From Paramecium tetraurelia (Eukaryota), in contig CT868108.1 of assembly GCA_000165425.1 (NCBI GenBank), positions 434,001 through 498,000 on the forward strand: a stretch of DNA of 64,000 nt, read 5' to 3'. Positions 49,289-64,000 of the stretch are shown here, piece by piece. The notes beneath the pieces are model-generated. The model ran no database searches. It saw only the letters and a list, made by a program, of their open reading frames with translations, and had not been told where the DNA came from. The stretch's first letter is position 1. Every line of letters begins with the position of its first letter. Made by a program: the position numbers and the translations under genes.

Positions 49289-52200
49289 ATGCACCTAGTA
49301 CAAAGTAATGTTTGTGTGGCATCATTCGATCTTACTCAAGAGGCAATCAAAGTTCAAATTAATGAAAGACAAGGTGATAGCAAATAAGCTAATGTGAAGT
49401 TATAAATCAGTTTAAAAGAAGATTGTTTAATTACTCATTTGATTTTGAAATGGAGCGATACTTCAATTAAAGGATTCGCATTTTCATCTTTAGAATGCTT
49501 GGATTGCTTTGATTAAAATTACAATCGTCTGATCAATAGCAAAGAAGTTGTGAATACTGAACAATGCAGTGGCTAATACAAAATAGTTGGACTTGGATTT
49601 GGCAGAAAACTTAGGCTCTCCTTCAGTGTGTGTGAACCTCCCCAATAATTAGAAAATAAGCTCAAGGCTAAATTGTCAATCTAAGTGTACGGATATCAAC
49701 TATATTAATCCCCAGCTGCGAATCAAATGGTAGCCCTTTTAAACATAAGCCACATCTTCAAAAAAAATAATAGAGAAATCAATCAAGCAGAAGCAGACAT
49801 ACTCCTAGGCTTATCTCTTCTTTCCTCAAGAAGATTTGTTCAAGCTGCTGAAATATTCAAGAAAGTTGCTAACTTTTATGCTGAAAAAGCTTAAATTCTT
49901 GTCAAGCAAAAAGATTACTATTTTCTTAGAGCAAGTGGACTTTAAATACTAATAGCTGATTCAATTAATTAACCATCTATGCTAAATGAGAAACTATAAG
50001 CATTAAAATAAGCTGTACAATATATGAATATTTCATATGATAAAACTCAGCTGCTTTTTACATTATAAAATACAGATTCTTATGAATGTGTATTAAGACT
50101 TTCAGATGATTTAATTAAAATCATAAGCAGAGTACTCCTGTTAGAAGATAACCAAAACTTCGATGCTTTGAGGATGGCAAATATGAGATGCCTTGAATTC
50201 ATCATAGAATAGCATGGCTGTGGATTAGGTGGGCAGATTATCTAGATTTTTAAGTTATTTTTGAAGATGCTAAATTAATAGCAAGGATAATTGATAATTG
50301 AAATGATCTATAAAATAGTCAATATGATATTGTAGGAATTAAGTTAAGCAACCTTAAAGCTCATTTAAGATATTTGGAATCAAATTATTATACAAGGATT
50401 ATTTGATGTGAATATTGAAGGGTAAAAGCTAATTATGAAGATATGCGAATATTTATTATAGGCCGATTAAGCCCACTTTAGAATTGACATCCTATTCTTG
50501 AAGCAGTTAAATTAAGTAGAAGAATCAAAGATATGGAATCTAGTATTGTAAAATATTATACCTAAATAAAATGAGAAAAAAATAAGTAAAATTCTAACCT
50601 GGATTAATCAGTAATTGATTGAATAATTGAACTTCACTAATTATAACAATTTATAGCAATCACAATAGTATCAAATAATTAAACTATTATAATTGATATC
50701 TATCATAGTTAGATAATAAAAGGAAGAATCATAGATCCCATTTTTTGAAGAATTTCTCAATAAATAATTAACAAATACCATAAAAATTAAGTAAATCTAC
50801 ACCACATCTAATCAAAACTTAATTATCTTAAAACCTATTTTAATCAAACTATTGGATTAAACAGTTAAAGGTAAGATCTAATTTGATTGCTTTGAACTTG
50901 TATGGAATATTTTGATCGAAATCTTAATAGAGGGCAATGAATATGATCAAATGTATGAACTCATCAATCCATTTCTATAAAATATATTTCTTATATGCTA
51001 AACTACGTCTCCTGGATAAGATATCCTGGTGGTGTTGGATAAAATTCTAAAGACTATATAGTTTTAATGTCCTTAACTTATATCGAAATTTGAATCCTAA
51101 ATATATTCATATGTTGAGATCTTTTGCCAAAGAGTACCTCATAGCATTCATGATGAGACATTCAAGATATTTGACATCTTAATAGCCTTTAGTTAAGAGT
51201 TTTTGGATTAGGCATTGATTGAGAAATGCGTGATGGCATTGATTGATTAATACACAGTTAAAGGTCAAGCTTAAAAGTAATCGAAACAGAACTTCATCAA
51301 GATGGTTGTGTAATATTAGGCTCATTTCAATTCCTTGATTTAGGTTTGTCTCATAGAAAATCAGGAACCTTAAATTTAATCAAATTTACTCTCAGATAAT
51401 AAAAATGAATATAGACAAGATAGAGAGAAAGAGAAGAAAGAATTTAAATCTGATAATAAGTAATTAACCTAAGAATATGAAATTTTCAATGAAAAAGTAT
51501 AATTTATTTGTGAATTGTTTTCAGATATGGGATAATAATTTAAAGTAGTAGCTTAATTGATTTTAAATAGTCCTGAATTTATCTCTTCCTTAATTAACTT
51601 AATTAAATCACTCAATTCAAAAATCAGATAGAAAGGACATTTAACACTTTAATTATTAGTGGATTGTTATATCAATATAGAAACAAGTACTAGAATTAAA
51701 ATCTTTGAGGATAGAATAGTTTTTGTAAAATTTATTAAAGATATTCTCACTCACTCTCTTCAAGATAAAACTGATTCCAAATGCGTATTAAACTCATTGC
51801 TTATTTTGAATAACATTTTCAATCTTAAATTCCAAAAGAGTGAATATTCTAAAGTCTTAGATGAAGTATCATGTCTTTGGAATGAAGTATCTGACTTAAT
51901 AGACACTCCTTTTAATAGTATTTATGTCTTATTCTTTGATCTCCTTAATCAATGGGGATAACTCTTAAATAAAATGCCCAATTCAAATAAGCTTGATGAT
52001 TTTATAGAAAAGATATTTTTGTGGACTTAAGAAAAATTGGATTGCTAGGAACCTTGGCATTAATATAATATATTGAAATTTTGTGGTTACATCTTTGGAT
52101 TAGATTCAGGTAAAAACTTTAGAGTGTTTCCTACGATCAATTCTTCTTTTTTTGAATAAGCCAGTAAATTGCAGAGCAGTTAAAATAAGCAATTACAATT

Positions 52201-53394
52201 AATGTCAATTGTCATGATTTAATTGTGTACTCCTGAACAGATAGCAATTAGAATTATCTAATAGATGGCAGAACAATACAATCAATTAAGACATAGATAA
52301 AATAAATAAAGAGATCAAATTAACAGATAATCAGAAAACATTATATAATAACTATTTTAGAGGTAGAATTCTGTTAAGGATTTAATGATGCAATCTGATA
52401 CATTTGGATCCACATCTATGGATGAATTCGAATTAAATTAAGAAGACTTTTTGTGGATACGCAAAGTTGATTAAGAAGTATTGTCCCAGTGCTTATAAAC
52501 ACTCTTTATGTATTAGGTTCAATAGGAAAGCAAAATTAAGCAATCAGATATTTTAGATAAGGAAATTAGTATGAAACAAAGTAATAATTTAAATTAAAAT
52601 GTTAATAAAAACATTCTGGATGATGACCCCATAGATTTGGATGATTTGGGGATTATTGAGGTAGATGATGAAGAATGGAATGAGTATGATGATCTAAGAA
52701 AAATTCCAATATTAAAAGAAAGAATTAAAACAATTTCACCTCACATTGGTAGCAGAACTCCGAATGTGGGAATAGGAAAACAAAATTAGGAGAGAAGGTC
52801 AAGTGGCAATAGACAGGTCTTCGATTAAAGGAAAGGAGAGGTGGAAGATTAGGTATTGAAGACTTTGAGGCCTCATAATTAAGTATTTCGACCTTTGACA
52901 CCTCCCATTGGATAGTAGCCTTAATAGAACTTTTCAGGAACGACAGAAATTCAAAGGGATATGCAATTGTTCTCGGATTATATGCTTTAAAATCCATAGC
53001 AATTTTAGAAGATTATGGAAGAAATAAAAATAAATAATAATACAAATTCATAATCATAATTGCAGCAACCTATAACATAAATTGAATAACAAGATCAGTA
53101 ATTTGAAAATTCAAGAAGGAGAGTTGATGAATTGGAATTTGACCCTTAATTTTCAAATTCAAGTTAGGATGACATTACAGAGGAACCACAACTTAAATCT
53201 AATTAATAGTATAATATTTCAAATATTTTAGACATTAATAAAAAAAGAAAAAATCTAAAAAGCAGCCTTCTGTTAAGAAACTAAAATCACCTATACAGCA
53301 TTCCTTGTATCACTCATAAAAAATATCAAGCTCGTAATTGGTAGGCAAAAGTGATGAGAAAATTAAGAAAAAGAGCAAAACTAAATAATCTTGA
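49289..53394 (+). CDS. Large (~1360 aa) hypothetical protein, probably an alpha-helical solenoid with a disordered C-terminus
   Basis: ~3.9-kb frame from MHLVQSNVCVASFDL; 23-nt intron 53209-53231 brings TGA53392-53394 into frame; L/I/Q-rich amphipathic pattern. Confidence 0.75.
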
Positions 53395-53481
53395 GATTTA
53401 TTAAAGTAACCTCAAAATTTACTAAAATTCTTTAGTGTTATTATAATTTTAGAAATAATGTGAATATTTCTTTCTATAAAA

Positions 53482-57512
<4,031 letters not shown>

Positions 57513-57858
57513 TGAAATAATATAAAATATTAAATAATATGGAATCCACATAACATTATTATAATCCAAAATTTCTATATATAATGATGAATTTCAATTA
57601 TTAATTAGAAAGAGGTCTATAAAATAATCAATTTACATTTAATTTCCATTAGATATCTGCGTTATCAAATAAGATATAATTATTTTTACAATTTAAAACT
57701 TAAATTTCAATCTTGAGTTTAATTAAAATCTCAAAGTTAAAAATTAATTCCAGATTTGTCTAAAAAATTATTTAGAAGTTATAAGAGATTAATATTTCTA
57801 ATATTCCTAATATAATAAATATATAGCAAATAAATAAAATATATATTTTAATATTAAA

Positions 57859-58890
57859 ATGAATAACGAGGAGGCTGTTTAAATTCTGATGTTAAAATCC
57901 GAGCAATAGGTAAAAATGATTAATATGCTCAATTCTCAACTTGAGAAATCGAATAGCGAAAAATCTGAATTGAGATTTCAAGTAAATATGCATTACTAAT
58001 AATCAGCTAATGGCCGTATAAAATGATAATATGACACTAAGAAGAGAAAAAGAAGGCTTACACTTTCAACTCGAATAACTGTCTAAACAATTAATGAATA
58101 ACGATTCAAAAAAAGATGTCCAAATTGGATATTCAAATTTGGTCGAATAAACTTCGCAATAGGATAATAGGAAAAATGATTAGTCTCAAATAAAATAGGA
58201 ATTAATAGAAAAGGAATATCATAAGCTATTAAATGAAAATAGTAAGGTGCTTAAAACAGTGTAAGATTTGGAAGGAAAAAATTAATTACAAGCGATGAAA
58301 ATCGAATAACTTTAACATCAAATATTAGAGATACAAAATGAGGTCAACTTCAAAGAAGCACTTATTAAAAAAAAAGACAATCACATATAGGATTATGAAA
58401 GAAGAATATCTCATCTAATTGATTAGCATTAAGAGTAAATCTTTGGAAAGGAACAACAAATATAAAAAATGAGAGATTATATGTTATAAAGTTATCAGTA
58501 AAATGGAACCGAGAATTAAAATCACTAAGTTGAAATGTCTAAGCTATTATTCAATACAGGCAATTAGAACCAAAATGCTAATATCTTATTAAAAAATGAT
58601 TAATAATAGAAATAATTGCAGTAAAATTATATTCCTCCATTATAACAGTTGCCAGTAAATAAATGAAAAAGTATTAATAGTTATCAGGAGAGAGATTAAA
58701 TACCGACATCAATGAACTCTAAGCACAATCATCTGGAAGACAACAGGCTAAACAAAGTACTGCCAATCCAGGACAAATGAGACAATCTAATGAGCAAAAT
58801 ACCTTTTAACTTAACACTGTGTAGTCTGAATTTAGTAGTATATCTCAGCCAAAAGTGTCTGAAAGATTTAAGAATAGTGATTATAATTGA
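57859..58890 (+). CDS. Hypothetical coiled-coil protein
   Basis: MNNEEAVQILMLKSEQQVKMINMLNSQLEK... to ...ERFKNSDYN*; intron near 57982. Confidence 0.7.
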
Positions 58891-59369
58891 AATTAAAATT
58901 GTAGTTTTTTTGTAAGCTAAAACATTCAAAACTTTAAAATCTAATATAAAATGAAAATGTACACATCATATGGGTTATTATTATGTTTACTTTGTTATAA
59001 CTAATCAGTTTTAAAGATAACTGTTTCTTTACAATTTGAAATTATATTATATATTAAAATATCATAAATAATCATTTTATTTAGATTACTACTTCAAACA
59101 ATATAGTAAGATATAAATCTGCTTTTTGTATTAATGCAAAAATGTCATTCATATTTAAATGGCAGTGTTTTTTGAACAAGCTTTATATAGTCCCCTATAA
59201 GAATGAGCAAACTATAAAAAGGGAGGAGATTAAGTGAAATATTAATTATTAAAGCTCGTATAATAATTATTCATTTTTTAAAATAATGTGATATTATTTT
59301 GAAAAATAATTTTAGGAATGCTTGATTTAAAATGCATATTGAGAATAATGAATTAATTATTATATATAT

Positions 59370-62300
59370 ATGTATATCTATAAAGCAGGGATAGTGCTGT
59401 TAATGTTAGGAGTTGGATAATGTGAAGATCAACCAATTTCAGCCAGTTCAGACATTAGTGGAACAGCATTGTCAGTGTTCTTTATATTCTTTTTTTTGGG
59501 GATTGGATCGTTCATGAAGGAGATCAATAAGAAATTAAAGGTAAAGTATATGGCAAATGATGTAGATTCCATTTTCTCCAATGCTGTTTGTTTTGGGATT
59601 GTTTTTCGGATTTTATTGGGATTCTTTGGGGATCATTGGTCAAAGTTGCAAAAAGATCAGCGAAATTGAGCCGGTACTAATTTAGGGATGTATGTTATCA
59701 GATCGGAGTGTTGTTGATTTTTCTACCAACGTTAATTTATGAATCTGGGTACAACTTCGATTGGCACTTATTCAAGAGACTATTTGCTTAGACTGCAATA
59801 TTGGCATTTCCTTGCGTGATTATATTATCTACATTATTGTAATTGTCGGTAAAAGTATTACTAAACTATGGGGATGACTATTTCACTTGGGAAAGCGCAT
59901 TCATGTTTGGAGCAATGTTGAGTTGTACTGATACCGTTGCAGTGTTGGCATTATTAAAGGAGAGTGGAGCATAGAAGAGATTTTAGAGTTTGATAGAAGG
60001 AGAGAGTTTATTGAATGACGGAGCATGCGTGATGTTGTTTCAGATATCCTATGGAATAGTGAGGGGAAGATCAGCATCAGCATTTGATGTTGGGTCTTTA
60101 TTTTTTACGTTATGCGTAGGTGGTACGTTGATTGGATTAATCTTTGGAATGGCCTGTGTGTATTGGATAAAGAAGATAGCAAATGACGAGATCTTAGTAT
60201 TGAATATAACAATAGTCTCTGCCTTTCTAGTGTATTTCATATCTGAGAATGTTGATTTTGGAGTGCACATATCCGGAGTCTTAGGGTTGGTGTCATTGAG
60301 TTTATTTATGGCTGCCTTTGGAAGATCCCGTATATCTCATGAGGCTGATCATGCCTTAAGAGAGTTTTGGGAATACGTTGTATTTGCAAGTGAGGTTATC
60401 ATTTTTATCTTGGGTGGAATCATTGCAGGAATCAGAGTGTTCAAGGATGAAAGTGAAATAACATAATTGGATTTCTACAAGATGATTGCTCTTTGGTGGT
60501 GTTTGATGGGATGCAGATTCATCTCCATAGCATTATTCTATCCATGGCTTAAGAATCTGGGTTATGGATTGTCATGGTCCTAGATATTGGTCTTAACATA
60601 CGGAGGATTGAGAGGATCTATTGGTATTGCCTTTGCTTTAATCGTTGCAAAGGATGAATCATTACCTACTAAATGGAGAGACATTATCCTATTTCATATG
60701 TCAGGCATTGCCGTTTGTACTCTTGTTGTTAATGGTACTACTCTCTCTTTGTTGATCAAATTGTTGGGTCTGTCTACTTAATCTGATATAAGAGAGAAGA
60801 TTTATTCCAATTTCTTAACTAAGTTGAATGAAGAGATAGATAATGAATGCAAGAAAAATAATGAGTTGAAATATTTAAAAGAAGCTGATGTTGAATATGT
60901 CAAAACTCTTAGTGGGTTTAAGGTCTATCAGTCAGATTGCAATTAGATTATTGATAAATTGGCTAAGCATGAAAAGGCTTAAAAAGAAATTCAGATGAAG
61001 AACATCCATCAACCATTAATGGAAGAAGAGGAAGAAGAAGAATTAGATCAAAATCTCTTGACAGAAATCAGAAGAATCTTCCTCATGGCATTAAAAGGAA
61101 TTTATATGGAATAATTTGAATCCAATCAATGTAGTCCTGATACAATTATTCTCTTGACTGAAAGTGCCAATTTAGATCTTGACAATGATAAAGAACACAT
61201 GAATTCTTGGGAATTCTTGTAGAGTTAATTTTCAGAAAGATACATTAATTTGCTATTCTATATGAAAGATAAGTTTCTAATTGGAATTCTAGCTAGAAAT
61301 CACTTATTTTCATACATCTATACAATTTACGATGCTGTATCAGCCTATATTGAAGCAATTACAATCTTAAAAGAGGAGGCCTCACATTATCATTTTTCAT
61401 AAAACCTACTGTTGGAAATCTTGAATGAAGTTGAGGATAATAAAAAGTCAGCAATTTCTTATTTGGAAGGATACCTCGAAGTCTCATTTCCAGAGATATC
61501 AAGGGAATTACATACGAAAAAGGCTGCCTTTGAAATTTTAGAATTTGAAAAATCTGTACTAAAGAACAATTTGCAATCCGGTTAACTGAATGATAAGGAA
61601 TTTTTGAGAATGAAAAGAAATATTGATAAGAAAGTTAAAAATTTGAATGATTTGAATCCCCCTTGGCAAATGCCTTCATTGATTGACATACTTACACAAC
61701 ACGAGTTGTTTAAATCGCTTACATAACCAAACATACTGAAATTGTTAGAAGGTTCTAGAGAGGATTCCTTTGGTAGAGATCAACTGATTTTTAAAGAGGG
61801 AGACAGAGCAAGCGAGATTTGTATCATCACTCGAGGGGCTGGTAATGAGTTTAGTGATAGATCAAAAATAAGGGAAAGAAGAGCGTTGAATGAAGCTACC
61901 CCAATTTATATGTTGGTTGCTCCTTCTATCAGATATTAGACATCCTTGGTTGCTGATTGTGTCATCAATGCCACCTTTATCAAGATCCAAACATTGCAAA
62001 TGATCATGAAATAAATTCCAGAGTTCGAAGAAGCCATATGGAGAAACTCGATACCTCTTTTGTGTAGGGTATATAGTGACCAACTTAAGCCTTTATGCAA
62101 TTTAAAAATCAATTAGATTGTAGAAATCGTCTCTAAGTCAGTGTTTCAGAAGATAAAAAAAAATTAATTGATCAGATTTGAATAGGGTGGTATATTATTA
62201 AAAGGTATGAGCTTTTTTAAATATTCATAGGTACATTGTGTGAGGGTAAGGAGAGTATTTAAGAGGCGTCATCGGAGGATGAGGATGCTTTGAAGAACTC

Positions 62301-62526
62301 AGGGGAGGATTAGGATTCGACTTAGAAGGACGCTTTGTGTTTGATCGGTCCAACATCTTCTCCTTTGAGGGCTAGGACTGGCATAATTGTGTTATTATTC
62401 AAACAGTATCAAATGCTTGAATAATATAATCAGTTGAATCAGAACATAAATGAAGGGGCAAAATCTTCAAATAGAAGATCAAGCAAGTCAGATTTATAGA
62501 AAAGATCTTTAACGGTGGTGCATTGA
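59370..62526 (+). CDS. SOS1/NHX7-like (CPA1) Na+/H+ exchanger with a C-terminal cNMP-binding-like domain
   Basis: FLPTLIYESG, LSCTDTVAVLALL, IEGESLLNDG, SGVLGLV, GGLRGSIGIAFAL, VVNGTT; C-terminal QLIFKEGDRASEICIITRG. Confidence 0.9.
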
Positions 62527-62563
62527 AAAGTGAGATTTGATTAGAATAACTTTAATAATTTAA

Positions 62564-64000
62564 ATGATATTCCTGTCAACATTGATCAAAGTTGCCTCAG
62601 TGACAACTATACTCTTGCTGGCTGGTGGATCGACCTATTATTATATGCAGAACGATAATAATAGTAAGGTGGAGACAAAAAACTTGAAGGGACATCACAA
62701 TCACAGCACTCATTTTCTTCATGGCAAGATGGATGAAGAGGAGGTTCACATTTGCAATCACGGTCACTTCATAAAAGACATAGAAATAGAGGAGCCAGAA
62801 CGAACAGCTGAAATTCCATTGGAGGCTAGATTGTCACACGAGCAAATGCTAATTAAAAATCATAAATAAGGAAATTGGGACACAATAAGAATTAAGACAG
62901 ATTACTCTTCATTTTAGGTATGATATCAACATAATGACTGTAGGCATCCTAACAATAAGCCGATTTCATTGAGAATAAACTAGTAAAAGCAGCAACTGGA
63001 TTTTTAAAAGCCGCCATTAAAGTGTATCCATCATCCAAGCTATTTCTGAGTGGACAATGCGGTACAGTGACAATCCCAAGCTCATTTAAAAATGGAATAA
63101 CAGGCGTTGACTTGGTCTTATTTGTCACAGCCTCCACTTCATAAGATACATGGGTGGCAAGAGCAGGTGCTTGCAGATTGGATCCAACAACCTTAAGACC
63201 CACTGCTGGCTCATTGGAATTCAACCTCAAATATTTTAATCAACTAGATTTCAGTAAGTTAAGCGAAGGCAAATGGTTCAAGTGGATCTAAACAACCATC
63301 CACGAAGTTACTCACGTCCTTGGATTCAGTAGTGGTCTATTCCCCTATTACATTGATCCTAATACAATGTAGAAATTGGGAGTCAATTAGATAGTTAAGA
63401 CATAGGGAGGAAGAGATTGGATCATATTGCCAAAAGTAGTAAATGCAGTGAAGAGTCACTTTGGATGTTTATCAGCCTGGGGAGCTCCATTGGAGAACAA
63501 TGGTGGACAAGGAACAGCAGGCAGCCATTGGGAAAGAACAACCTTCGGTAATGAGGCAATGACTGGATCTGAATTCCCAGACTCGGTGTTCACTTTATTC
63601 ACATTCAATTTACTTGAATCCACTGGTTGGTATAATATGGATCACAAATAATCTGAACCATTCAATTGGGGTAAGGATGAAGGATGTCCAATTGCCTAAG
63701 GACAATGTGTGTAAGGATTGAGAGAATTCTGTACTGCAGGAAGTGAGGGATGTTCCTCAGATTTCACTGGTATTGCATCTTGTTCTTCAAATGATGTGTT
63801 AACTGACGGATGTGGATATTGGAGAGCCTATGGTAACTCTGACTGCAGATATAACTCTGATTTCACCAGTCAACTAGCTTAATATGGTGGATATTACGGT
63901 AATGATGGAAAGTGTTTCTACACAACTTTACCTACCAAAGTGGGATTCTAAGGAATTGTGTCTGACTGTTTTAAGGCAGTCTGTTAAGACAATGTAGTAA
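62564..64000 (+). CDS. Leishmanolysin/GP63-family (M8) metalloprotease, partial (runs off window end)
   Basis: N-terminal hydrophobic segment; propeptide HICNH; zinc motif TTIHEVTHVLGFS; LENNGGQGTAGSHWERTTFGNEAMTG; LLESTGWY; Cys-rich downstream region. Confidence 0.93.

Noticed and set aside
53209..53394. Apparent frame change at the end of the large hypothetical gene
   Set aside because: Explained by a 23-nt GTA..TAG intron (53209-53231)

Overview
AT-rich, gene-dense eukaryotic DNA from a ciliate macronuclear genome, most likely the Paramecium aurelia complex (P. tetraurelia-like). Conserved proteins read through only if TAA/TAG = Gln and TGA is the sole stop (translation table 6), introns are ~20-31 nt GT..AG, and intergenic gaps are very short. 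The supplied ORF track is therefore fragmented and many of its ORFs are antisense shadows. Manual translation gives about 27 genes: AGPS (partial), TH1-domain AGC-like kinase, EF-hand protein with an in-frame TGA, DEAD-box helicase with a long Q/N/R tail, tesmin/CXC protein, ADAT1-like deaminase, hybrid histidine kinase, tandem cNMP-binding protein, CaaX-tailed arginine kinase, a myristoyl/EF-hand + triple-TAPE EML5/6-like protein, a bacterial-type S11 D-Ala-D-Ala carboxypeptidase, ALDH12, ABCA and ABCC transporters, a Zucchini/PLD6-like HKD protein, Pumilio, Tousled-like kinase, SOS1-like Na+/H+ exchanger, leishmanolysin (partial) and several hypothetical proteins. Top leads: the anchor-less Zucchini-like protein with PKEPK repeats and an acidic tail; the NCS-like/EML fusion with a 147-bp in-frame tandem duplication; the signal-less PBP5-like enzyme; an ABCA lacking extracellular domains; and a cluster of +1 frameshifts at 25.9-34.1 kb that are probably sequencing errors. 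No rRNA, tRNA, CRISPR array, telomere or transposon was recognised. All coordinates were derived by eye and no searches were run.
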